A stretch of DNA of 45,927 nt, from positions 1 to 45,927 of the forward strand of contig JASFYY010000043.1 of assembly GCA_045046875.1 (NCBI GenBank), written 5' to 3'. Under the pieces are notes generated by a model. That model saw nothing but the letters and a program-made list of their open reading frames with translations, had not been told where the DNA came from and did no database searches. Below, piece after piece: positions 37,493 to 45,927 of the stretch (its first letter is position 1; each line of letters opens with the position of its first letter). The translations under genes were made by a program, and so were the position numbers. Source of the stretch: Verrucomicrobiota bacterium. GTDB lineage: Bacteria > Verrucomicrobiota > Verrucomicrobiia > Verrucomicrobiales > DEV007.

Positions 37493-37789
37493 ATGAGCGA
37501 TTGGTATTTCAGTTATCATATTGTCGCGAGCATTCTCATATTGAGGCATGTGAGGCATGTGAGGCATGATTGCCGAGTATTAGGTGAGAACTGGAGTAAA
37601 TATTTGATTTTGGTTCTTTTGTTCACCTGGCTATTTTATTTGCTGTGGATTTTGTCGTGGCCGGGCAGTTTGAGGCTTTGGTTCCATGGCAAACGCGTTT
37701 CCGATTTGCCTCAGGCGCGGGCTCTGCGGCATCAGCAAGAGCGGAGGGTTGCTATAACGGGAGATATTTCCATCAAAAAAACCGGATGA
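37493..37789 (+). CDS. Small hypothetical membrane protein
   Basis: 98 aa with a TM segment; in-frame (TGAGGCATG)x3 at 37542-37568. Confidence 0.55.
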   Translation: MSDWYFSYHIVASILILRHVRHVRHDCRVLGENWSKYLILVLLFTWLFYLLWILSWPGSLRLWFHGKRVSDLPQARALRHQQERRVAITGDISIKKTG

Positions 37790-37807
37790 TTCCGCAGTGA
37801 TCGAGTT

Positions 37808-37836
37808 TTGACATTGCCCTTGGTTCCAAGCACTAT
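37808..37836 (+). promoter_or_regulatory. Putative sigma70 promoter of the MMPL operon
   Basis: TTGACA-N17-CACTAT, 14 nt before ATG 37851. Confidence 0.6.
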
Positions 37837-37850
37837 GTCGGCTTGTTATC

Positions 37851-40295
37851 ATGTCTCGACTGCGAGCTTCCATTCTTATTCTCATTTTCCTTGCTCTGAC
37901 GGGCTTCGCTTTGTCGCGGATTACTTTGAGCGTGGATGTTTTGGCTCTTCTGCCCGGGGATTTGCCCGAGGTGAAGGGGGTGCGGCACTTTTATGAGCAG
38001 TTCAGTCGACCGAATGAATTGATTGTCACTCTGGAGGGGGAGGGGGCTGAGGGTGCGGCGCAGTCACTGGCGCAGGCCCTGGGTGAGCGCCAGGAACTGG
38101 TGAGTTCGGTGGTGTGGCATTTGCCTTTGCAGGATGATGCGGAGGCGGGCGCCGATTTGTTGGCCTATATGTGGTTCAATGTGCAGCCATCTCATACGCA
38201 AAAACTCATTGATGATTTAGGTGAGGGCAAACTTGAGCAGCGCCTGGCTGAGGTGATCGAAGGCTTATCCACTGGCTTGCCGGATCAGCAAACATTTCTT
38301 CGCGCTTATGATCCGCTGGGTTTGGTGGGGGCTTTGCCGAGTGGCTTGGAGAGTGCCGGTTTGGATCCTGCGGCGGCGGATGCGGCTTTTGCTTCTAAAG
38401 ATCAGCGGTTCAGGGTGCTTTATGTGAAAACACCGGAGGGGGAGGAGATGGATTATAAACAAGCTGACCATTGGTTGGGTGAAATACGGGCGTTTGTGCA
38501 GCAATGGAAAGAGCAAGTGGCAAAAGAGCATCCTGATTGGGCTGCGGTCGAATTGGGCTATACGGGGGAGCCGGCATTTGTGGCAGAAATTGGCAAGGGC
38601 ATGGAGGAGGATATGCACGCGTCGATCAGCTCGACGATTATGTTGATTTGTTTGCTGTTTTGGATCATGCATCGACGGCTGGTGCCTTTATTGTGGTTGG
38701 TCTTCATGTTGATAGTGACCTTCGGCCTGACCTTGTCGATTGCTTCGCTGGTGATTGGTCAGTTGAGCATTATGTCGGTGGGCTTTGCAGCTATTTTGAT
38801 TGGCCTGACGATAGATTACGGAGTGATTCTTTATAAGGAGGCAAGGCTCACGCCGGGGGATCCAGTGGCTTTGAAGCGTCTGGTGGGTCCGAGTATCATA
38901 TGGGCAGCGACTACCACGGCGGCGGTATTTTTTGCACTGCAGTTCAGTAGTTTTCCGGGGGTCGCACAGTTGGGGGTTTTGGTTGCTATCGGGGTGCTGG
39001 TGGGCTCGGTGGTGATGTTGCTTTTTTATTCCCCGGTAGCGGCGCGTTATGCTTCGCGGCAAATTTCAGCGGGTGCGCCGGTAGAGGGTGATTTTGAGGA
39101 ACGGCAAAGGGGTGGAGATATAGTGGGGCAAGCTGCTCCTGTTTGGTCGTCGATACTGACTGGCTTGTTGCCGGTGGTTTGTATTGTCATTTTACTGACC
39201 TTTGGCTGGCCGCGTTTCCAGCAGGATTTCAAGCCGATGCAATTGCGCGATAGCCCGTCGATGAATGCCACTGAGCAGATGCAGGCACGATTGTCACAGG
39301 ATGGAGGGCAGCAGCAACCGGTAGTGATTGCTGCTGAGAGTTTGGCGGCGTTGCCCGGACAAATGCAGCAAGCAGAGCAGTTGTTGAAAGTTGCGGTGGA
39401 GAGAGGTGGGATTGCGAATTTTATTTTGCCGCAAGGATTGGTGCCCAATGTGGGGTATCAGAAAAAAAACCGGAAGCTGTTAGCCGCGTTACTGGCGGAT
39501 GAAAAGCGCTTGCGAGCTGGTTTGGAAGCAGCGGGATTTAACGATGAAGCTTGGTTGTTTGCGGGTAAAGTTTTTGCCGTGTGGCAGTCATGGCTGGATG
39601 GGGCGGATGCGGAGAATGGAGGTGGTGTTTTTCCTGGCAATGCGAATAGCCGTTGGGTGATGGAGCGTTTGTTTTCGCGGGATGAGCAGGGCAAGTGTTA
39701 CGTGCTGGGGGCGGTGAATTCTAAAGAAGGGCAGGTCGTTGGCGAAAAAGATTCGGCGGCTTTATTGCAGGCAAACATTTACATTACGGGTTGGCACACT
39801 CTTGACCCTGCGATTCAGAGATTGATTGAGCGCGATTCGTTGAGGGTGTTTTTGCCGGTGGCCCTGGCTTTGTTCGCGATGTTGTATTTTATTTTCCGCA
39901 ATTGGCGGGATGTGTTGTTGAGCCTGGGCACTTTGATTTTCAGTATCGTTGTGTTGTTGGCGATCAGTTCTGTTTTAAAAATAGAATGGAATGCTTTCAG
40001 TCTCAGCAGTGTGCCGATTCTTTTTGGGGTGGGTTTGGATTACACGATTCACATGATATTTGCTTTGCGTCGCAGTGAGGGTGATTTGAGGGCGGTGCGA
40101 TTGGGGATCTCGCGGGCGATTCTGTTTTGTGGCCTTTCCACGGCGATTGGTTTTGGGTCGCTGTCCTTGGCGTCAAATCTTGGTTTGGCGAGCATCGGGC
40201 GTATTTGTGGCTTGGGGGTTTTGATTATTATGCTGACAACCGTTGGCCTGCTTCCATATTGGTGGCTGCGTTCGCGCAGACAAGTGAGGGGATGA
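37851..40295 (+). CDS. MMPL/RND-family lipid exporter
   Basis: Two repeats of TM + periplasmic loop + 5 TM; GLTIDYG and GVGLDYTIH; DPLG motif. Confidence 0.92.
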   Translation: MSRLRASILILIFLALTGFALSRITLSVDVLALLPGDLPEVKGVRHFYEQFSRPNELIVTLEGEGAEGAAQSLAQALGERQELVSSVVWHLPLQDDAEAGADLLAYMWFNVQPSHTQKLIDDLGEGKLEQRLAEVIEGLSTGLPDQQTFLRAYDPLGLVGALPSGLESAGLDPAAADAAFASKDQRFRVLYVKTPEGEEMDYKQADHWLGEIRAFVQQWKEQVAKEHPDWAAVELGYTGEPAFVAEIGKGMEEDMHASISSTIMLICLLFWIMHRRLVPLLWLVFMLIVTFGLTLSIASLVIGQLSIMSVGFAAILIGLTIDYGVILYKEARLTPGDPVALKRLVGPSIIWAATTTAAVFFALQFSSFPGVAQLGVLVAIGVLVGSVVMLLFYSPVAARYASRQISAGAPVEGDFEERQRGGDIVGQAAPVWSSILTGLLPVVCIVILLTFGWPRFQQDFKPMQLRDSPSMNATEQMQARLSQDGGQQQPVVIAAESLAALPGQMQQAEQLLKVAVERGGIANFILPQGLVPNVGYQKKNRKLLAALLADEKRLRAGLEAAGFNDEAWLFAGKVFAVWQSWLDGADAENGGGVFPGNANSRWVMERLFSRDEQGKCYVLGAVNSKEGQVVGEKDSAALLQANIYITGWHTLDPAIQRLIERDSLRVFLPVALALFAMLYFIFRNWRDVLLSLGTLIFSIVVLLAISSVLKIEWNAFSLSSVPILFGVGLDYTIHMIFALRRSEGDLRAVRLGISRAILFCGLSTAIGFGSLSLASNLGLASIGRICGLGVLIIMLTTVGLLPYWWLRSRRQVRG

Positions 40296-40307
40296 TTTAT
40301 AATAACA

Positions 40308-41294
40308 ATGAGTGAACTTGATGAAAAGGCAGGGGAAAGGGTGCGCGAAGATTCTTCGCAAGATTCGTCGTCTGCAGTGAAGAAGTTTTCGGTGTATGGA
40401 GACTTTTGGACTCAGGTTCAGGCTGCCGCGGTACGGCAGTGCCCGTTTTTTTTCGAACCCATCCTGCTTGTCTATTACACCTTGTTTTTCTTTGCCCTCT
40501 GCCCGGGAACCCGCAAGCCCGTGATTGATAATTTGTCGGTATTATTCCCTGAGTCGCCTCGGTGGATAAATGCTTTCCGTGCGCTGCGGGTGTTCTGGAG
40601 TTTCTCCAGCAGTATCACGGATGCTGCTTATTGCCGGGAAGGCGAGAATATTATCGATTGGGAGGTAGAGGGCGATGAGTTTTTTCAACAGTTTACCGAT
40701 CAAGAGGGCGGGGCTATTGTATTGACGGCTCACATGGGCAACTACGATGTCGCCGCGCCCATGTTTGCTAACAAGTTCGGCAAAAAACTGCATGCGGTCA
40801 GGGCTCCGGAGCGTGATGCCCAGCGGCAGGAATACATGCAAAAAAAATTCAGCGATGAAGCGACGGATGATTACGAGGTGCGTTATAATGCTGACGACAA
40901 ATTTTTGGGCATCGATTTGGCAAGGGCCTTGATGCAGGGTGAATACGTGGCTATTCAAGGGGACCGGGTGCTTTTTGATGTGTCAGCCTTGCAGGTGTCA
41001 TTGGGGCAGATCCCCGGCTGGCACATGAATATTCCCAAAGGACCCTTTGTATTGGCATTGACTTCAAAGGCGCAGGTTTTGCCTTTGTTTGCAGTTAGGT
41101 TGGGGCGTCGGCGCTACCGGATCGTGGTATTGCCTTCGTTTGTCTGTGAGCGCACCAGCCGTGATCATGAAAAGGCGATCAATGAGGCGGCGACTCAATG
41201 GGTTGGGATATTGCTGCCGGTGATTCGTAAATATTGGTTTCAGTGGTACGTGTTTGAAAATGCATTTTTTGTTAATGAAAAAAGTGAGGGATGA
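40308..41294 (+). CDS. LpxL/HtrB-like lysophospholipid acyltransferase
   Basis: LTAHMGNYD (Hx4D), QGDR, PKGPF.LA, QWY.F. Confidence 0.88.
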   Translation: MSELDEKAGERVREDSSQDSSSAVKKFSVYGDFWTQVQAAAVRQCPFFFEPILLVYYTLFFFALCPGTRKPVIDNLSVLFPESPRWINAFRALRVFWSFSSSITDAAYCREGENIIDWEVEGDEFFQQFTDQEGGAIVLTAHMGNYDVAAPMFANKFGKKLHAVRAPERDAQRQEYMQKKFSDEATDDYEVRYNADDKFLGIDLARALMQGEYVAIQGDRVLFDVSALQVSLGQIPGWHMNIPKGPFVLALTSKAQVLPLFAVRLGRRRYRIVVLPSFVCERTSRDHEKAINEAATQWVGILLPVIRKYWFQWYVFENAFFVNEKSEG

Positions 41295-41848
41295 GTGTGC
41301 GTGACCCAGATTTGTATTTAGATCCTACAGCCCGTAGCTATACGGCCTTGTTTCGCGTGCTCGGTAATTTGCTTGCGAGTTTGCGAGCAGGTGATGGAGG
41401 AGGGATCGTTTATCCGGTGAATCGTGCGGGACAAAATGTGGCGGAGTGTTACACACTCGCAGGGCTTACCTTTGTTTTACTGACAAGTTGTTTCATAGAT
41501 ACTGTGGCAGGTTTGCTAGGGGGGCAAATTTGGTCTTTTGTGGCTGCGGTTCCGCTGGCGTTGATGTTAACTTTTGTGGTTCTGCATTTGTTGTTTCTCT
41601 CTTTTGCTTATGTTTATGATGTCCTGAAGTCGATCCATTTGATTCCAGCTAGTGCGTCTAAACAATTGCCGGTGGCAGTGTATTTGTTGTTTTTCACAGG
41701 GATGGCTGTTGCCATGGTTTTGTCAGGAAAAGTTTTTTTGATGTTTGCTGCCAGTCCATGGTTGCTCGCGCTTGCGCTGAATTTTGTTTGTGCGGTGATT
41801 TTGTTTGCTGAAAAGTTTCTAGCTCAAATCAAGGGGGAGCAGGGATGA
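41291..41848 (+). CDS. Hypothetical membrane protein
   Basis: 4 TM, ATGA-coupled on both sides. Confidence 0.75.
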   Translation: MSVRDPDLYLDPTARSYTALFRVLGNLLASLRAGDGGGIVYPVNRAGQNVAECYTLAGLTFVLLTSCFIDTVAGLLGGQIWSFVAAVPLALMLTFVVLHLLFLSFAYVYDVLKSIHLIPASASKQLPVAVYLLFFTGMAVAMVLSGKVFLMFAASPWLLALALNFVCAVILFAEKFLAQIKGEQG

Positions 41849-42636
41849 ATCCTGCCTGTGGTAAAAGTCAGCAGCGAAGGGTTTTTATCTCTATCCTGGC
41901 TTTGTCGAGCCTGCTGGCGGTATTGGCTGTGGTTGCGGGAGAGCTGGTGATTGGATTGGGGCTCTTTTTTTTGACCCACATGGCGTGGCTCTATGCGCAG
42001 CTCAATCCTACGGTGCAGTGGCTCGGCCCAGTGGTTACGGGTTTTCGAACGGATGAAAAAGAAATCTGGCTGACCATCGATGACGGCCCGGATCAGCAAG
42101 AGACGGAGCGGGTGCTTGAGCTGTTGGATCGCTACCAAGCCAAAGCTACTTTTTTTGTGATTGCGAAAAAGGCGAGCGAGAACCCTGCCTCGATCGAGCA
42201 AATCATACAAAAAGGACATCAAGTGGCTAATCATACGATGAACCATCCGGAGTCTCGTTTTTGGTGTTTATCGAAACGGAGGCTGGAAGCGGAAATCAAT
42301 GATGCCTCTGCGATCATTGCCGGGATAACGGGGCAGCGGCCACTTTTGTTTCGGGCGCCGGTTGGTCATAAACCCAGGTCCTTGCATGCGGTGTTGGCAA
42401 AAGCAGAGCTGCCTTTGATCGCTTGGACGGCGAGAGGCTTCGACGGGGTCTTGACCGATAGTGGTGGCATTGTTGAGCGTATTCGCAAGAACATCAAACC
42501 GGGGGCCATTGTTCTGCTGCACGAGGGGCGAGGAACGCTGCCTGATACTCTGGTCGACCTTTTGGAGGGTTTTTCCAGCCAAGGTTATCGCTGTGTTTTG
42601 CCTGCAGCCGATTCGTTTGTGTGTGGTCGCCGGTAG
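41845..42636 (+). CDS. Membrane-anchored polysaccharide deacetylase (CE4)
   Basis: LTIDDGP, GH.VANHT..H, FRAP.G, IVLLHE. Confidence 0.92.
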   Translation: MNPACGKSQQRRVFISILALSSLLAVLAVVAGELVIGLGLFFLTHMAWLYAQLNPTVQWLGPVVTGFRTDEKEIWLTIDDGPDQQETERVLELLDRYQAKATFFVIAKKASENPASIEQIIQKGHQVANHTMNHPESRFWCLSKRRLEAEINDASAIIAGITGQRPLLFRAPVGHKPRSLHAVLAKAELPLIAWTARGFDGVLTDSGGIVERIRKNIKPGAIVLLHEGRGTLPDTLVDLLEGFSSQGYRCVLPAADSFVCGRR

Positions 42637-44081
42637 GTCAGCAGATAATTGTTGAAAGGGGTGTTGCCCCAGAGAGGCTTGGATTCGCCTTGCAAACCTT
42701 CGGATTGGAGGATGTCGGAGACAAAAGATTCGGTAGGGAACTCATGAACTGAAGATTTGATCCAGGAGATGAAAGTGCCAAAGCGGTCGGCGATTTTGGA
42801 AATTTTGGAGCGTTTGCTCGAATCATTCAATCCGCTGCGAATGATCAAGAGGCCTCCTGGTGCCACGGCTTCGGAGGCTTTGCGCAGGATGTCTTCTTGG
42901 TCACGCTCATTATTGTATTGCAAAATATCCAACAAGGTAACGTTGCCGGGCTGAGCTGGCAGTTCGCTGTCGATATAACCCGCAATGAAGCGCAGATCTT
43001 GATAATGGGAGTCTGCGATCAAGTTGGAGGTTTTTATTTTTTTGATATCATGATCAATAGCAAGGATGGGAGTATGTATTTCGCGTTCCCGCAGATAAAA
43101 TTCGAGCAGGCCTATGCCGCATCCAACATCGAGCAAGGGGAGTTGGCAGTGTTTTTCCAGCAATTTAAAAACAGCTTCGTAAACAGGGTCAGAACGTAAT
43201 TTGTTGCTGACGTAATGGCGTTGTGTTTTGCTTGGATAGTGTTTGGCGACGCGATTTCTCACCGCTTTTAGGGATTCCGTTGAGTCGGGATTTTCCAATT
43301 GTTCTAGTTTGTTTACCTTGCGGCGGCGAATCGCCAGTCCGGGAGCTCGAAACCACCATTGGAATACGAACAGGCGGATGTGCATCCAAGTGATCAAGAC
43401 GTTGTCGCGGCCGTATTTGAAATGTGAAACTCCGCCTTCATCAGCCGTGAGGTATTTGACCGGTGTCGGGATATTCACTGGTCGAACCCCGCGCCAAGAG
43501 AGGCGTACAGCGATCTCGGCGTCAAAGTCGTAGCGCCGCGCCCAGCGGATATTTTTCATGACCTTGATGAGATCGGTGACCGGGTAAACTCTCATTCCAA
43601 AAAGGGAATCTGCGATTCCGTCCCATAGAGTTTCGACATTGACCCAGAAGTTGGATAGTTTTCGGCCATTTACCCGGATCCGAGGAGCGGTATCATCAAA
43701 AATGGGTTTGCCGAGGATCATGCGGCCGGGCATGGCCATGGACAACGACATGTAGCCGGGGATCATCTCTGCCGGGTGCTGACCGTCGGCGTCCATGCAA
43801 AGGATGTGGGTGAAGCCGTGGGCCTCCGCTTCATCAAAACCGTGCAGCAGGGCGGCCCCTTTGCCCTGGTTTCTCGCCAGCCGAAAAACCCGCAGGCGGT
43901 TTTCTGTTTTTGCCAGTGCTTCGAGCTTTTCTCCGCTGCCATCATCACTGCCATCAACTACTACCCAGACAGGATTCCAGACAGCGAGAGCTTCCTTGAC
44001 CGTCTCCAGAACTTTCGCTCCAGTATTGTAGCTGGGTATTAACACCAGGTGGGTGTTGGATGGTTCGATCGGGCTGGGCAT
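42585..44081 (-). CDS. GT2 glycosyltransferase fused to a class I SAM methyltransferase
   Basis: LIPSYN, DGSDDG, NQGKGAA, DADGQH; then LDVGCGIG, LLDILQY, PLWGNTPFNN. Probable start 44081. Confidence 0.9.
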   Translation of the reverse strand: MPSPIEPSNTHLVLIPSYNTGAKVLETVKEALAVWNPVWVVVDGSDDGSGEKLEALAKTENRLRVFRLARNQGKGAALLHGFDEAEAHGFTHILCMDADGQHPAEMIPGYMSLSMAMPGRMILGKPIFDDTAPRIRVNGRKLSNFWVNVETLWDGIADSLFGMRVYPVTDLIKVMKNIRWARRYDFDAEIAVRLSWRGVRPVNIPTPVKYLTADEGGVSHFKYGRDNVLITWMHIRLFVFQWWFRAPGLAIRRRKVNKLEQLENPDSTESLKAVRNRVAKHYPSKTQRHYVSNKLRSDPVYEAVFKLLEKHCQLPLLDVGCGIGLLEFYLREREIHTPILAIDHDIKKIKTSNLIADSHYQDLRFIAGYIDSELPAQPGNVTLLDILQYNNERDQEDILRKASEAVAPGGLLIIRSGLNDSSKRSKISKIADRFGTFISWIKSSVHEFPTESFVSDILQSEGLQGESKPLWGNTPFNNYLLTYRRPHTNESAAGKTQR

Positions 44082-44144
44082 GTTCGTTGCAATTTCCCCC
44101 TGATCTGAGGCTTTCGCAAGTTGGAAGCTATGAGGCCACACCCG

Positions 44145-45926
44145 TCACGGTTGTTCGTCGCAGAGTTGGCGGTAAAACCCGGCGGCAGCGTAGAGTTCCT
44201 GGTGGCTACCTTGTTCGATGATTCGGCCTTCTTTCATGACGATGATCTTGTCGGCTTGGCGCACGGTGCTGAGGCGGTGGGCGATGATTAAGGTGGTGCG
44301 TTGTTGGATCAGGCTTTCGAGGGCTTCTTGAACCAGTTGCTCGTTTTTGGAGTCGAGGGAGCTGGTGGCTTCGTCCAAAACCAGCACGGCGGGATTGCGC
44401 AGAATGGCGCGGGCGATGGCGATGCGCTGGCGTTGGCCTCCGGAAAATTGCACGCCGCGATCTCCGCAGGGGGTGTCGAAACCGTCGGGCAGGGGCTCGA
44501 TGAATTCCAGTGCGTTGGCTTTGCGGGCAGCTTCGATGACTTCCTCCCGGCTGGCTCCGGGACGGCCGTAGGCGATATTTTCTTCGATGCTTCCACCGAA
44601 TAACATGAGCTCTTGCGAGACCATCGCCATTTGGCCACGTACCCAGTCCAGCGAATAGTCATGAGCCGGACGTCCGTCGATCAGCAGTCCGCCCGTGTCG
44701 GGTTCGAATAAACGAAACAGAATGGATGTTAGGGTAGACTTGCCTGCGCCGCTGGGCCCTACAATAGCGACACATTTTCCCGGTTCGAGGTGGAGGCTGA
44801 TGTCGTTTAATATAGGAATATCTTTGCGTTCTGGGTAGGCAAAGGAGACGTTCCGGAATTCTATATCGCCGCGCATGGAGGGGGCGTCCTGTTTGGAGGC
44901 GGTGTGGCTTTCGGGGGCTTGTTGGAGTAGATCCCTGACGCGTTCCGCGGCTCCGGCCATGCGGTGGGTACGTCCCAGCAGTTGGGCCAGTAGCCCCCCT
45001 GCGTTGCCGAGGAAACCGAGAAAAAACATAAAGCTGGTGAAATCTCCGGGGCTCAGTTTGCCTTGTTGGATCTGGCGGGATCCGTACCACATCAGAAACA
45101 CCGATGCGGCCATCAGGATTACTGATATGCCACTGAATAGGGCGGCACGATGGCGTGCCACTCGCTCGGCGGTGCCCATGTAGCTGGTCATGGAGCGGGT
45201 GAATTTATCATTCTCATATTTTTCGTTAGTGAAGGTCTTGACGCGGTGAATGCCATGAATGGCTTCTTCGGTGATGGCGGTGGTGTGGCCGAGTTGATCC
45301 TGGACCAGTCGGGCATAAGCGCCGATCTTACGACCGAACCAAACAGCGATGGCAACTACCGGAAGGGTGACTAAAAAAACAAAAACGGCGAGGGAGGGGG
45401 AGATCACAAACAGCATGGCAACCGAGCTGAAGGCCAGCACGGTATAAGAGAGTGCGTTGCGCACGTCATTGATCCAGCCTTCCTGTAGCAGGGCGACATC
45501 GCTGAGTAGACGGCTGGAGAGATCGCCGCTGCGGTTGTTGGAAAAAAAAGTCATCGGCAGGTGCATCAGCCGGTCGAACAGTTGCATGCGTAGTTTGGCC
45601 GCGGCTCGCTCGCCGATGATTTGGAACCAGGAGCCTTCGAAAAAGCTGGAAACCATATTGACCAAAGCCAGACCAATCAAAAACAAAGCCCATTGGTTGA
45701 TTCCCCATTCGGCTACCCAGGAGTTGCCTTTTTCGATGCCCAAATGTTCGCCGATGGTGCCGTCGACCAGTTTGCCGACAGCAATGGCGGCACCGAGATA
45801 CATCAATAAGCTCACCGCCAGCAAAGCCATCGAGCAGATGAACAGAGGGCGTGAACCCTTGATCATGCCGAGGTAGAGACTGACCACGGTGCGCAACGAG
45901 GATGGCTGGGCATCCGTCGCTTCGGG
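44145..45926 (-). CDS. MsbA-like ABC exporter (TMD+NBD); frame open to the window edge
   Basis: GPSGAGKS, FSGGQRQR, LDEATSSLD, IAHRLST. Confidence 0.95.
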   Translation of the reverse strand, partial: PEATDAQPSSLRTVVSLYLGMIKGSRPLFICSMALLAVSLLMYLGAAIAVGKLVDGTIGEHLGIEKGNSWVAEWGINQWALFLIGLALVNMVSSFFEGSWFQIIGERAAAKLRMQLFDRLMHLPMTFFSNNRSGDLSSRLLSDVALLQEGWINDVRNALSYTVLAFSSVAMLFVISPSLAVFVFLVTLPVVAIAVWFGRKIGAYARLVQDQLGHTTAITEEAIHGIHRVKTFTNEKYENDKFTRSMTSYMGTAERVARHRAALFSGISVILMAASVFLMWYGSRQIQQGKLSPGDFTSFMFFLGFLGNAGGLLAQLLGRTHRMAGAAERVRDLLQQAPESHTASKQDAPSMRGDIEFRNVSFAYPERKDIPILNDISLHLEPGKCVAIVGPSGAGKSTLTSILFRLFEPDTGGLLIDGRPAHDYSLDWVRGQMAMVSQELMLFGGSIEENIAYGRPGASREEVIEAARKANALEFIEPLPDGFDTPCGDRGVQFSGGQRQRIAIARAILRNPAVLVLDEATSSLDSKNEQLVQEALESLIQQRTTLIIAHRLSTVRQADKIIVMKEGRIIEQGSHQELYAAAGFYRQLCDEQP

Positions 45927-45927
45927 C

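Noticed and set aside
1..45927. tRNA, rRNA, known riboswitches, prophage
   Set aside because: None recognisable by eye; an Rfam/tRNAscan run would be needed to exclude them.

Overview
Bacterial chromosomal window, most likely PVC superphylum/Verrucomicrobiota (inferred from gene families, not from a marker gene). (1) 1-5251 is the distal end of an integron-type gene-cassette array. Seven co-oriented cassettes are separated by long (~95-125 bp) attC-like hairpins with non-canonical cores. It carries a PemK/MazF-type toxin-antitoxin cassette, one attC truncated by a REP/REPIN-like element, and a frameshifted last cassette. No integrase lies in the window. (2) 5.3-17.9 kb is mostly housekeeping: NodB-type deacetylase, mtnP, folC, accD, ComF, CPBP protease, bioA and an AEC transporter, plus a MalT-like STAND/LuxR regulator followed by two His-rich secreted proteins. 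(3) A RAYT (HUH Y1) transposase is preceded by a 66-bp relic of a paralogous RAYT. (4) alaS is followed by a UPF0158-nucleotidyltransferase fusion and a REP-like doublet. (5) A pilin-like/ABC/panC/nadB operon, a DPBB-like secreted protein, an SPFH lipoprotein pair, a second copy of the REP-like element and an unannotated Pmp3/YqaE gene. (6) 37.8-45.9 kb is an aryl-polyene/xanthomonadin-like tailoring and export block (MMPL, LpxL-like acyltransferase, deacetylase, GT2-methyltransferase fusion, ABC exporter) with no ketosynthase or ACP in view. All calls are from reading the sequence by eye; no searches were run.
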